Assembly (NCBI GenBank): GCA_015233115.1
Contig: JADFYJ010000014.1
Location: forward strand, 11,028-75,027
Direction of reading: 5' to 3'
DNA: 64,000 bases
Source of the DNA: Candidatus Omnitrophota bacterium
Lineage (GTDB): Bacteria; Omnitrophota; Gorgyraeia; Zapsychrales; Zapsychraceae
Under the pieces are notes generated by a model, which saw nothing but the letters and a program-made list of their open reading frames with translations, ran no database searches and was not told the origin of the DNA. Shown here in pieces: positions 16,968 to 27,772 of the stretch; position 1 is the first letter of the stretch; each line of letters opens with the position of its first letter. Position numbers and translations under genes: made by a program.

Positions 16968-19772
16968 ATGGATTACCAAAAAACATTAAATTTACCGAAC
17001 ACAAATTTTTCCATGAAAGCCGGGTTGGCTGAAAAAGAACCGGCTATGCTGGAAAAATGGAATAATGAACAGCTTTATCAGGAAATCAGAAAAAAATGCC
17101 AGGGCAAAAAGCCGTTTATTCTGCACGACGGGCCTCCGTATGCCAACGGCAATATTCATATCGGCCACGCTTTAAATAAAGTGCTGAAAGATATTATTGT
17201 TAAATACCGCACCATGCGGGATTTCGACGCGTTATATATTCCGGGATGGGATTGTCATGGTCTGCCGATTGAACATCAATTATTAAAAGAGATGAATAAA
17301 CATAAAGGCGAAGTGGATTGTGTGGATTTTCGGCATAAGGCCAATGAATACGCCATGAAATACGTTGGGATCCAGCGTGATCAATTTAAGCGTTTGGGTA
17401 TTTTCGGGCAATGGGATAATCCGTATTTGACCTTAAAACCTGATTATGAATATTGGATTTTAAATTCTTTGGCAAGGTTGAATAAAGACGGTTATATTTA
17501 CCGCGGGCTTAAACCAGTCAATTGGTGTTCGTCTTGTGAAACGGCTTTAGCGGAAGCGGAAGTGGAATATGAAAATCACACTTCTCCGTCAGTGTATGTT
17601 AAATTTTCCGTGAAAAATCCTGAGGCGATCGGGTTAAAGAACCAGAAGGTCAGTTTGCTTATTTGGACAACGACTCCGTGGACCTTGTTGGCGAATGTGG
17701 CTGTGGCCGTTCACGCGAAGTTTGATTATGTGGGGGCTAAAGTTGGTGATGAGATTTTAATTTTGGAAAAGAATTTATCCGCGTCAATTTTTGCCAAAGC
17801 GAAAATCGAAAATTTCCAGATTGAAAAAGAATTTAAAGGCCAGGATCTGACGGCTTTGAAATATGAACATCCATTCGGTGTTAAGACGAATTGCTGTGTG
17901 GTGACTGTTGATTATGTGACAAATGAAGACGGCACAGGTTTGGTGCATACGGCGCCGGGCCATGGGCAGGACGATTTTCAAACCGGGCTAAAATATAATT
18001 TAGATGTATTAATGCCGGTCGATGGACGAGGAATTTATACAAAAGAAGCCGGCGCTTTCGCGGGCCAACATGTATTCAAGGCGAATGAGCTGGTCATTAA
18101 AGATTTACAGGATCGGGGGCTTTTATTGTTAAAAGAAAATATTCCCCATTCATATCCGCATTGTTGGCGCTGTAAAAAGCCGATTATTTTCAGGGCGACC
18201 AAACAATGGTTTATGAATATTGAGCATAAAAATTTACGTCAACGTTTAAAAGATACGGTGATCAATCAGGTTCAATGGATTCCGGAAGCAGGCCGTGAAC
18301 GAATTTTAGGCATGGTCACTACGCGCCCGGACTGGTGTTTATCGAGGCAAAGAGTCTGGGGTGTTCCGATTCCTGATGTGGTATGTCAGTCATGCGGCGA
18401 GCATACTTTATTCACCGAAGTCATTGAAAAATTTAGAGATTTGGCTAAAGAAAAAGGTTCAGATGTGTGGTTTGAAAAAGATGTGCAAGAATTTCTGCCG
18501 CAAAATACTAAGTGCCCAAAGTGTTCTGGTATGGAATTTACTAAAGGGGTTGATATTTTGGATGTGTGGTTTGATTCAGGAGTTAGCCATCAGGCTGTGA
18601 TTAAAGGCATGATGGGCAAAGACATCCCGGCTGATCTTTATCTGGAAGGATCAGATCAGCATAGAGGCTGGTTTCAATCTTCCATCATTCCGGCTGTGGC
18701 TATGGAAGGCATTGCGCCATATAAGGCTGTTTTGACGCATGGTTTCGTAGTGGATGGAGAAGGTCGAAAAATGTCAAAATCTTTGGGAAATGTCATATCT
18801 CCGCTGGATATTATTAAGAATAGTGGAGCGGATGTTCTAAGGTTGTGGATCGCTTCAAGTTTATATAGTGATGATATACGCGCTTCAAAAGAGATTCTAG
18901 ACCGGTTAGTAGACGCGTACCGTAAGATCCGTAATACGCTTAGATATTTGTTAGGGAATCTGGATCAATTCAATCCGGATACTGATATCGTTCCGTATTC
19001 TCAGCTGTGTGATCTTGACCAATGGGCCTTAACCCGTCTTTATGCCATGATGAGCCGTATTCAGGCGCATTATGAATCGTATGAATTTTCAAAAGTGTAT
19101 CAGGAAATTTATCATTTTTGTAATGAGGATTTGTCATCTTTTTATCTTGACATTTTAAAGGACAGACTGTATATTTCATCCACTCGATCACTCGAGCGCA
19201 GGTCTGCTCAAACCGTTCTTTACCATATTTTAAATCATTTAATCCGCGCTATGGCTCCGATTTTGACTTTTACTTCTGAAGAAATTTTTAGTTCTATGCC
19301 TAAAAACGCGGAACTGAAAAATACCCAGAGTGTGCATTTGCTGAATTGGTTGAAACTGCCAGAAGAGTGGAAGAATGACGTGGCAAGCAAACGTTTTGAA
19401 ATATTAATCGCTTTACGCCCGTTTGTTCTTAAAGCGCTGGAAGATAAACGCCGGGAGAATATGATTGGCAGTCCGCTGGAAGCGAAAATTATTTTTAAAA
19501 CCGCCAGTGATCATGATTTTAATTATTTAACGAAGGAAGTTAAAGACCTTCCTCAAATGTTCATTGTGTCTCAAGTGTTGGTCGAGAAAACCGGTCAAGT
19601 TGAGAAAGCCTTGAGTGAACAATTTGCCCATACTGCTATTGAAATTCAAAAAGCTGACGGGAGTAAATGCAGTCGATGTTGGAATTACAGAACGGATGTT
19701 GGACAAAATCATGAGCATCCGGATTTGTGTAACCGGTGTAACACCATTGTAAAGGAGATAGTGAATGCCTAA
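16968..19772 (+). CDS. ileS: Isoleucyl-tRNA synthetase
   Basis: HIGHALNK (HIGH) and KMSKSLGN (KMSKS) motifs; 934 aa; C-terminal Cys-rich zinc-binding tail. Confidence 0.95.
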   Translation: MDYQKTLNLPNTNFSMKAGLAEKEPAMLEKWNNEQLYQEIRKKCQGKKPFILHDGPPYANGNIHIGHALNKVLKDIIVKYRTMRDFDALYIPGWDCHGLPIEHQLLKEMNKHKGEVDCVDFRHKANEYAMKYVGIQRDQFKRLGIFGQWDNPYLTLKPDYEYWILNSLARLNKDGYIYRGLKPVNWCSSCETALAEAEVEYENHTSPSVYVKFSVKNPEAIGLKNQKVSLLIWTTTPWTLLANVAVAVHAKFDYVGAKVGDEILILEKNLSASIFAKAKIENFQIEKEFKGQDLTALKYEHPFGVKTNCCVVTVDYVTNEDGTGLVHTAPGHGQDDFQTGLKYNLDVLMPVDGRGIYTKEAGAFAGQHVFKANELVIKDLQDRGLLLLKENIPHSYPHCWRCKKPIIFRATKQWFMNIEHKNLRQRLKDTVINQVQWIPEAGRERILGMVTTRPDWCLSRQRVWGVPIPDVVCQSCGEHTLFTEVIEKFRDLAKEKGSDVWFEKDVQEFLPQNTKCPKCSGMEFTKGVDILDVWFDSGVSHQAVIKGMMGKDIPADLYLEGSDQHRGWFQSSIIPAVAMEGIAPYKAVLTHGFVVDGEGRKMSKSLGNVISPLDIIKNSGADVLRLWIASSLYSDDIRASKEILDRLVDAYRKIRNTLRYLLGNLDQFNPDTDIVPYSQLCDLDQWALTRLYAMMSRIQAHYESYEFSKVYQEIYHFCNEDLSSFYLDILKDRLYISSTRSLERRSAQTVLYHILNHLIRAMAPILTFTSEEIFSSMPKNAELKNTQSVHLLNWLKLPEEWKNDVASKRFEILIALRPFVLKALEDKRRENMIGSPLEAKIIFKTASDHDFNYLTKEVKDLPQMFIVSQVLVEKTGQVEKALSEQFAHTAIEIQKADGSKCSRCWNYRTDVGQNHEHPDLCNRCNTIVKEIVNA

Positions 19773-20157
19773 TAAAAATGTTGAAAAGATGGATCCGAAG
19801 AAAATGGCAGCATATAAGGATCTTCTTATAAAGATGAAAAATGAAATCCTTCACAATATCGATACGATGAATAAGGAAACTGGCGGAAATATGGCGGATT
19901 CAAAAGACGTTTCTGGACACGTGATGCATATGGCAGATGTGGCGACGGATATGTACGACCGTGAATTTGCTTTAGGTTTAGCCTCCAATGAACGTGATAT
20001 TCTGGTGAAGATTGAAGGGGCTTTAAAGCGTATTGAGAGCGGAACATTTGGTATTTGTATGGGGACAGGTAAACCTATTTCTCAGGCTCGTCTCAAAGCG
20101 ATCCCATATGTAGAGTATTGTCTTGAACATCAGGAAAAATTAGAGCAGGAAAAATGA
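19765..20157 (+). CDS. TraR/DksA-family C4 zinc-finger protein (ileS-lspA linked)
   Basis: 130 aa; position between ileS and lspA where a DksA/TraR-like gene commonly sits; Cys/His near C-terminus (GICMGTG...YCLEH). Confidence 0.4.
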   Translation: MPNKNVEKMDPKKMAAYKDLLIKMKNEILHNIDTMNKETGGNMADSKDVSGHVMHMADVATDMYDREFALGLASNERDILVKIEGALKRIESGTFGICMGTGKPISQARLKAIPYVEYCLEHQEKLEQEK

Positions 20158-20633
20158 AACGTTTAACCAAGTCTCAGTTTGACACCATTCTTGCCCTGGT
20201 GGCGAGCTTATCCGTTATTCTGATCGACCGTTTTACAAAAATAGTATTTTCAAAGTTTTTGTCTTTAGGTGAATCATGGCCCGTCTGGCGTAATGTCCTT
20301 CACATGACCCTGGTTCATAATACGGGTATTGCTTTTGGTTTTTTTAAAGACCACGGAGTTGTCTTTATCATTATCCCGTTGATCGCAGTGGCCCTCCTGA
20401 TTTATAATATTTTTTATTACCGTCAAAATAATGAAGCTTTGAGCCGGGGATACATTGTTGGTTTTTCTTTGATCTTGGGCGGAGCGATCGGGAATTTGAT
20501 TGACCGGATTTTTTACGGTTATGTGATCGATTTTATCGATTTCAGGGTTTGGCCGGTTTTTAATATCGCCGACAGCGCTATCACTATCGGCGCAGTGATT
20601 ATAGTATTGAAATGTTTGAGAACGAGTGAATAA
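20154..20633 (+). CDS. lspA: Lipoprotein signal peptidase (signal peptidase II)
   Basis: NTGIAFGFF and FNIADSAITIG motifs; 4 TM segments. Confidence 0.9.
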   Translation: MKRLTKSQFDTILALVASLSVILIDRFTKIVFSKFLSLGESWPVWRNVLHMTLVHNTGIAFGFFKDHGVVFIIIPLIAVALLIYNIFYYRQNNEALSRGYIVGFSLILGGAIGNLIDRIFYGYVIDFIDFRVWPVFNIADSAITIGAVIIVLKCLRTSE

Positions 20634-20640
20634 AATGCGA

Positions 20641-20837
20641 GTATGTCGTATGTAGTATGTGGTATGTCGTGAAAAGCGATTGATGAGAAAATTAAAAAAA
20701 CGCTAAATTATAAAATCGAATAAGAAAATATTGTTATATCGTTTGAGAGGCGCGGTTACGATCTTTTCTAAATATTATTTATTTTTTCCGCGTTTTTTGT
20801 TTTTTTCTACATACTACATACCACATACGACATACCT
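20641..20837. repeat. Intergenic island of same family between lspA and rluD
   Basis: Left gtatgtcgtatgtagtatgtggtatgtcgtg 20641-20671 then gaaaagcgattgatga; right ctacatactacataccacatacgacatacc 20808-20837. Confidence 0.8.
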
Positions 20838-20856
20838 AAATTAGGATTAATTTAAC

Positions 20857-21759
20857 ATGTCCCCAATTTATAAAATTTCCGAAGACTCTGCCCAGAAACG
20901 TTTGGATGTTTTTCTGACCGAAATGTTGACGGAAATTCCTTCCCGGTCGCTTATCCAAAAATTAATAGATAACGGCCACGTCAAGGTTAATGAACATCTC
21001 ACTAAACCCGGGCACAAGCTTCGAGAGGGTGATGATGTCTGGGTCGAAATACCTGATGATTTTTTTTCTGCCCGTTATGCTGCGCCGGAAAATCTGCCTT
21101 TGGATGTTTTTTATGAAGATGAAAGTTTTTTATTGATCAATAAAGCGTCTGGGATGACTGTTCATCCGGGAGCTAACTGCTCTGCCGGTACTGTGGTGAA
21201 TGCTTTATTGTTTAAAGAAATAGAACTTTCTGCGAGTGATGATGAAATGCGGCCGGGGATTGTGCACCGTTTGGATAAAGACACGTCAGGATTGCTTTTG
21301 GTTGCGAAAGACAATATCGCGCACGCGAAATTGGCTAAACAATTTGAACGGCACTCGATCCGCAAAAATTATATCGCTTTGGTTGAAGGGGAAGTGTCGT
21401 TTGATGAAGGAAAAATTGATCAGCCTTTAGGACCGCATCCGCGGGATCATGAGAAACGAGCTGTCCGGCAGGATGACAAGGGAAAAGATTCTGTGACGTA
21501 TTACAAAGTCATTAAACGGCATCAAGGCGTGAGTTTAGTGGCGTTGTACCCTCATACCGGACGCACTCACCAATTGCGTGTGCATATGGCGTATTTAAAA
21601 CATCCCATTTTAGGAGACGAAAAATACGGCCGCCGTAATACTTTTCCCCGTTTGGCCTTACATGCTATGTCCATCGGATTCCAGCATCCCCGCACCAACC
21701 GTTACGTAGAATTTTCCTCAGTCCCGCCCGTGGAGTTTCTTGAAAAGGTAGGACTGTAA
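20857..21759 (+). CDS. rluD: RluA/RluD-family 23S rRNA pseudouridine synthase with S4 domain
   Basis: Catalytic HRLDKDTSGLLLVAKD motif; N-terminal S4-like domain. Confidence 0.85.
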   Translation: MSPIYKISEDSAQKRLDVFLTEMLTEIPSRSLIQKLIDNGHVKVNEHLTKPGHKLREGDDVWVEIPDDFFSARYAAPENLPLDVFYEDESFLLINKASGMTVHPGANCSAGTVVNALLFKEIELSASDDEMRPGIVHRLDKDTSGLLLVAKDNIAHAKLAKQFERHSIRKNYIALVEGEVSFDEGKIDQPLGPHPRDHEKRAVRQDDKGKDSVTYYKVIKRHQGVSLVALYPHTGRTHQLRVHMAYLKHPILGDEKYGRRNTFPRLALHAMSIGFQHPRTNRYVEFSSVPPVEFLEKVGL

Positions 21760-21797
21760 AGAGTGACAAAGTAACCGAGTAACAGAGTACGCCGCAT

Positions 21798-21866
21798 GCA
21801 GGAGCTCTCGGCATTACTCGGACATTGCGTCCTTGGTCGTAGGGGCGATCTCCCGATCGCCCGTAA
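21798..21866. repeat. Second copy of the about 45-nt unit + REP palindrome downstream of rluD
   Basis: gcaggagctctcggcattactcggacattgcgtccttggtcgtaggggcgatctcccgatcgcccgtaac. Confidence 0.75.
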
Positions 21867-22155
21867 CAAAAGTATCGTTTTTTGTTTTTTAAAATTGATA
21901 TTTTGAAACAATTTTTAAACGGATGACGGTAAAGCGACAATTTTGAAGCGGGAGATCTGGAGATCTCCCCTACGAAAAATGTGGATATTTTGTCAAAAAA
22001 TGCTCGTTTTTGCGGCGATTCACAAATCGTTTTTAAAACAAAGCGAAAATCCGGATAAATCTTCTTTATTAATTGCAAATTTCAAATATAATAAGTTTAG
22101 TTTAAATGCGTATATTATTTATTTTTGCTATGTTATTTTTTTTAGGGGAGATCGT

Positions 22156-23025
22156 ATGGGACAAAATGATACAAAAAATTCTTCGGGCCGGATACTCGTC
22201 ATATTTTTGGTGATCGCTGCTGTATTATTGACGTCGTTGGCCGCGATATCCACCTTTTTATTCCAGAAAGAAGTCGAAAAACGTAAAAGTACTGAAGCGT
22301 CTTTGAATCAATATTTGAAAGACCGGGCGACTGTTGAGAAAGATTTGGAACAGTTAAAAAAAGAAAAACAGGTTTTACAGGATAAAAATAAAGAAGCGGA
22401 TGACAAGATTAACGGATTATTGGATGAATTGGAGTTGCAGGAAGGGCTCCGTAAAGAAATAAAAAATGAAAGCGCCACGCTGAGAGAACAACTCGATACC
22501 GCGAAAAAAGAAACAGATAAATTGAACGCGAAGATTGCTGAATTACAGGACGTTAATCAGAAGTATGATGAACTGAAAAATAATTTTGATTCGCAGAAGA
22601 AACAAAAAGATGATTTAGAAAATCAGATGAAGATGACTAATGAACGTACCCGTAAAATGGAAAGTAATTTAGTTGAGTTGGAACGGAAAATTTTAGAGTA
22701 TGACCCGAATTATAAGCCGTCTTCACCTTCCGTCGCGAAAACTGTAAAGGGTGAGCAGGTGGTTTTGGATACGATCGTGGTTGGAACGCAAACTGTGCCT
22801 GAAGGACGTGTTTTAGCCGTGGACACAGACGCGGAATTTGTGATCCTGAATTTGGGTGAAAAAGACGGAGTTAAAGCCGGCACGATCATGTCTGTGTACC
22901 GCGGCAAGGATTACTTAGGCGATGTCAAGATCACCCGCGTTCAGCCGGAAATGTCCGCCGCTGATTTTCTCCCTCCATTCTCTAGTAAACTGGTTCGCAA
23001 GAATGATCAGGTAGTTTTAAAATAA
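22156..23025 (+). CDS. Membrane-anchored coiled-coil protein (hypothetical)
   Basis: ATG 22156 with AGGGGAG RBS; TM helix then long heptad-rich K/E/L segment; ORF-track upstream extension overlaps a REP palindrome. Confidence 0.4.
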   Translation: MGQNDTKNSSGRILVIFLVIAAVLLTSLAAISTFLFQKEVEKRKSTEASLNQYLKDRATVEKDLEQLKKEKQVLQDKNKEADDKINGLLDELELQEGLRKEIKNESATLREQLDTAKKETDKLNAKIAELQDVNQKYDELKNNFDSQKKQKDDLENQMKMTNERTRKMESNLVELERKILEYDPNYKPSSPSVAKTVKGEQVVLDTIVVGTQTVPEGRVLAVDTDAEFVILNLGEKDGVKAGTIMSVYRGKDYLGDVKITRVQPEMSAADFLPPFSSKLVRKNDQVVLK

Positions 23026-24293
23026 TGAACTTTGTAGTAAAACCTATCTCAGGTCTTAAGGGCGAGGCAAATTGCACGGCCTCCAAATCCTATTCCATCC
23101 GCGCGTTTATGATCGCCGCTTGCGGAGGCTCATCTGTAATTATTTCCCCTTCCAATTCTAATGACGCTAAAGTTGCTTTAAAAATTGCTTTGGCTCTTGG
23201 TTCAAAAGTTAAGCATGCGGGCGATGCTTTTGAAATTCAAGGAGGAATACTTCCTTTAAAGCAACATTCGATTTGTGTGGATGAATCCGGAACAGTACTA
23301 AGGTTTTTACTTCCGTTGTTGGCGCTGCATGATCAAAAGATAATTGTCGATGGCATTGGCACGTTGGTCGGGCGGCCTAATACTTTTTTAATTAAAACTC
23401 TTCAGGATATGGGTGTGGCCATTAAGGGCGCCGGCGCAAAACATAGTGTGCCAATTCATCTCAATGGCGGGGTTATGTCCGGAGGGAAGGTCACCATCGA
23501 TGCCAGTATCAGTTCACAATTTGTTTCCGCGCTGTTGATTGCCTGTCCCCAATTACCGAACACGACCCGGCTTAAATTAATCGGTCATTTGGTGTCCGGC
23601 GATTATATTACCATGACTTTGCAAATGCTTAAGCGCGCAGGGATTAAAATCGAGGTAAAAAGTCCGCGGGAATATGTGATTCCCGGAAATCAAAAATTTA
23701 AAGGTCTTAAAAAATTTCATGTTCCGTCAGATTATGGCTTGGCCGCGTTTTTGATGGGAGCTGCCGCGCTGCTTCCGTCGAATATAACTTTAAAAGGATA
23801 TTTTGACGATAGTTTGGTGCAGGCCGATGGGCATATTATTTCATTTTTAGAACATATGGGCGTGAAAATCGTTCGCTCACAAAAAGCCATTAAAATTAAA
23901 GGCCCGTTTGAATTAAAGGCGGATGATTTTTCACTGAAGGAATGTCCTGACTTGGTACCGATTATGGCAGTATTGGCGCTGTTCGCTAAAGGCCCAACGC
24001 GTCTTTTTAACATTGAACACGCGCGCGTCAAAGAATCAGACCGGATTTCGGATTTGCGGCAGGAATTATTAAAAATTGGCGCGGATGTGAGAGAAACCAA
24101 AAATGAATTGTTTATTTATCCTCGAGAAGAGTATAAAACCGGGGCAATCTTAGACCCGCATAATGACCATCGTTTAGCTATGGCCTTCTCCGTATTAGGC
24201 TTGAGAATAGGCTGTACAGTTCAAAATATTGAATGCTCTCATAAGTCATATCCGGGGTTTGTTAAGGATTTGAGGGTATTGATGAAACAATAG
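23025..24293 (+). CDS. aroA: 3-phosphoshikimate 1-carboxyvinyltransferase (EPSP synthase)
   Basis: N-terminal TASKSYSIRAF (KSxSxR) and C-terminal DHRLAMAFSVLGL motifs. Confidence 0.8.
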   Translation: MNFVVKPISGLKGEANCTASKSYSIRAFMIAACGGSSVIISPSNSNDAKVALKIALALGSKVKHAGDAFEIQGGILPLKQHSICVDESGTVLRFLLPLLALHDQKIIVDGIGTLVGRPNTFLIKTLQDMGVAIKGAGAKHSVPIHLNGGVMSGGKVTIDASISSQFVSALLIACPQLPNTTRLKLIGHLVSGDYITMTLQMLKRAGIKIEVKSPREYVIPGNQKFKGLKKFHVPSDYGLAAFLMGAAALLPSNITLKGYFDDSLVQADGHIISFLEHMGVKIVRSQKAIKIKGPFELKADDFSLKECPDLVPIMAVLALFAKGPTRLFNIEHARVKESDRISDLRQELLKIGADVRETKNELFIYPREEYKTGAILDPHNDHRLAMAFSVLGLRIGCTVQNIECSHKSYPGFVKDLRVLMKQ

Positions 24294-24364
24294 AAATCAG
24301 AATGGGGGTATTTGGACATTATTTATTCATTGGAAATCTCTCAAATATATGGTAAAGTTAAAGT

Positions 24365-24574
24365 ATGAATGAATTAATTTTTGAAATCACACAAGAAAAT
24401 GACGGCGGATTTGTGGCTGAATGTTTGACAGAATCAATTTTCACCCAAGCTGATACATGGGAGGAGTTGAGAAAACAGGTTATAGACGCCGTTCACGGAT
24501 ATTTTTTTGACCAACCTAAACCCGAAGTGATCCATTTGCATTTTGTCCGCGATGAGATTCTTGCTACAGCATGA
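24365..24574 (+). CDS. hicB: HicB-like antitoxin (UPF0150)
   Basis: 69 aa; overlaps start of a HicA-like gene; HicB N-domain-like sequence (GGFVAECLTESIFTQADTWEEL). Confidence 0.5.
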   Translation: MNELIFEITQENDGGFVAECLTESIFTQADTWEELRKQVIDAVHGYFFDQPKPEVIHLHFVRDEILATA

Positions 24575-24810
24575 AAATACCACGCAATTTAAATGGCCGC
24601 GCTTTAGCTCAATCACTTTGTCAGCATTGGAAATATCTTCAGGTGCATCAAACCGGCAGTCATATCATTTTGGATACAGAAGAACCGTTTCACCAGCGTA
24701 TAGCAATTCCTGCCCATGAAAGCCTACGGATAGGCACACTTAATCATATTTTAAAGTCTGTAGCGAATCATAAACGGATTAATCGTCAAGAAATCCTTGA
24801 CAAGTTGTAA
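24571..24810 (+). CDS. hicA: HicA/YcfA-like mRNA interferase toxin
   Basis: 79 aa; GSH...IPAHESLRIGTLNHILKSV matches the YcfA/HicA pattern (GSHh...P.H..l..GTL..ILK). Confidence 0.55.
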   Translation: MKIPRNLNGRALAQSLCQHWKYLQVHQTGSHIILDTEEPFHQRIAIPAHESLRIGTLNHILKSVANHKRINRQEILDKL

Positions 24811-24891
24811 TCTTACATATATTTTAAATCTTCCCAGTAAAGAAAGTCAGAGGCTATATTTAAAATAAATTTTACTTAAAATACACAATAG

Positions 24892-25899
<1,008 letters not shown>

Positions 25900-25932
25900 G
25901 TTTGAGGTTTAATAAAAAGGGGACGATAAAAA

Positions 25933-25990
25933 GGGGGACGGAGCCCTATTTCGAAATACGAAATAGGGCTCCGTCCCCCTTTTTTCTCCC
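25933..25990. terminator. Bidirectional rho-independent terminator between convergent gap and GT2 genes
   Basis: GGGGGACGGAGCCCTATTTCG / CGAAATAGGGCTCCGTCCCCC perfect hairpin flanked by A-run upstream and T-run downstream. Confidence 0.7.
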
Positions 25991-25998
25991 CCTTTTTT

Positions 25999-27633
25999 CT
26001 ATTTCCTACTCTTATCCGTCACCCAGAATTCCATATATTTGCCGAACATCAAGCGGGTCTGCGCGTCGAGGGCGGGGAGGGCGCTTAAGCCTACTAGGAC
26101 AAAAGGAATGGTTAGCCATTCCAGGATATGGCCTAGTTTTTTCTTCCAGGGTTTTTCCCCTTCCGGGTCCGGGAGCATCGCGATCGACAGGGCAGTCGAT
26201 ATAAATAAGGAAATGGTAGATAATTGAAATATGGTCTGCGCGATGTGCGGTTCGTTGTAATAAATGACTGAATGCGCAAAACGGTGCCCGGCAATGAGGG
26301 CAGGAAGCCAACTCATCGTTGTTAACAGAAATCCCCACGTGGCCCAGGACACATGATCTTCCAGCATTTTAAATCCATGACGGATTTTATTATAAAGAGA
26401 AATGTTGGGGCTTTGCATAAAACCTCGAATAAGAATGGGAAAATTTTCTGCTCCGTAAGCCCAGCGTCGTCTTTGTTTATAAATATTTTTCATGGTTTTA
26501 ACCCAGTCTTCCGCGACGGTCGCGTCCATGGACAGCGTGGCATAGATCGGCATGACCTGATATTTTCCTTCATAAAATAAATAAGCTTTCCAGAAAATAG
26601 CTGAGTCGTCGGATATCATATCTCTCGGCCAATATCCGATTTCAACTAAAGCTTTAAAACTCATACTATGACTTGAAAATGTGACCAGTTTTTCCGGGTT
26701 AGTGGATTCGATGAGCTGGAAAAACGAAGATCCGGTTTCCATAACGCGGGAAAAGGGCGGGACATTCCAAATATTATTGTGGTATACGGGAATAGGCTGA
26801 TAACTAGTATGGTCGCGATCCGGGCTGGTCATGAAAGAATAGGTCAGGGCGGAGAAATATTTTTTGTCGACGACCGTGTCCGCATCAAAACAAGAAACCA
26901 CGACCTGGCTAAAGTCGATTTTTTTCTTCTCTAAATATTGGGAACAATGTTCAGCCGCGTATGAAGCATTGGCGCCTTTAACCCGGGCTTCGCCCGGCAA
27001 TCCAGCCGGATGAAAAATAACCAGGAAATCCATGAAATGGGTTTTATATTCTTCTTGCAGTCTGAGCGCCGCTTCTTTTGTCGCTGAGGGGGCTCGTTCT
27101 TCAACGGCGAATACGATCAACATTTGATGAGTGGAAAATTCTTGCTCAGCTAAAGACACAATCCCTGGACGAATAATTTCTTCACCTTCTTTGGCGGCTG
27201 GGATGATGACCACATGGTAGATGTCAGATGATAAAGGCGGTAGGGATTTGCACTGCATTAATTTTTTTAAATTGTTTTTATGGATTCCGACAGAAATAAA
27301 ATCATTGAACGACGCGGATTCGAAAGCATTTTTAAAAGTCAGATGTTGATGCAGATCGTCAATTTCTTTAATGCGTTTAAGCCATTCGGTTTTACGTTCA
27401 ATATTAAAGCGCAAATAGGAGATCGTCAGTAGGATTGTTAAATAGATCAGCCGGATAAACCAAAAAAATATTAATGCGATCGCGATAATAGAAGCGCGTA
27501 AAGGATCGAAAATCGAGAGAAACAGGATTCCCAGGAGAATTGACCAACTGCATATTCCGGGTAGAATTTCCAAAAATCGTTGAAGCCGTTTTTCTTTTTC
27601 GCTTAAATTTGATTTAGAATAATTAAAAGACAT
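25999..27633 (-). CDS. Family-2 processive glycosyltransferase (cellulose/chitin/hyaluronan-synthase-like)
   Basis: QRRRWAYG (QxxRW) processivity motif; DADT (DxD); N- and C-terminal TM clusters. Confidence 0.65.
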   Translation of the reverse strand: MSFNYSKSNLSEKEKRLQRFLEILPGICSWSILLGILFLSIFDPLRASIIAIALIFFWFIRLIYLTILLTISYLRFNIERKTEWLKRIKEIDDLHQHLTFKNAFESASFNDFISVGIHKNNLKKLMQCKSLPPLSSDIYHVVIIPAAKEGEEIIRPGIVSLAEQEFSTHQMLIVFAVEERAPSATKEAALRLQEEYKTHFMDFLVIFHPAGLPGEARVKGANASYAAEHCSQYLEKKKIDFSQVVVSCFDADTVVDKKYFSALTYSFMTSPDRDHTSYQPIPVYHNNIWNVPPFSRVMETGSSFFQLIESTNPEKLVTFSSHSMSFKALVEIGYWPRDMISDDSAIFWKAYLFYEGKYQVMPIYATLSMDATVAEDWVKTMKNIYKQRRRWAYGAENFPILIRGFMQSPNISLYNKIRHGFKMLEDHVSWATWGFLLTTMSWLPALIAGHRFAHSVIYYNEPHIAQTIFQLSTISLFISTALSIAMLPDPEGEKPWKKKLGHILEWLTIPFVLVGLSALPALDAQTRLMFGKYMEFWVTDKSRK

Positions 27634-27698
27634 GTTGGTTGATGGTTTTTGGTTGTTGGTTTTTGGTTGTCATCCCCGAGTGCTTCAATCGGGGATCC
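27634..27698 (-). promoter_or_regulatory. Conserved leader element (hairpin + CA-rich CAACCA array) immediately upstream of GT2 gene start
   Basis: Transcribed-strand sequence GGATCCCCGATTGAAGCACTCGGGGATGACAACCAAAAACCAACAACCAAAAACCATCAACCAAC then ATG; about 90% identical copy at 29241-29290. Confidence 0.6.
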
Positions 27699-27772
27699 AG
27701 TAATAAAATTTTTCGTTTTTTTAACAGCCAATCGTTTTTTGTTTGACCGATCACCTTTCACCTATCACTTTT

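Noticed and set aside
21943-22155. Upstream extension of ORF 21943-23025
   Set aside because: Covers a REP palindrome and AT-rich spacer; a good RBS (AGGGGAG) precedes the internal ATG at 22156, which begins a typical TM helix.
25902-26338. ORFs 25902-26204 (+), 26012-26338 (-), 26039-26227 (+)
   Set aside because: Overlap the bidirectional terminator hairpin and the 3' end of the well-supported minus-strand GT2 gene; low-complexity R/G/P-rich translations.
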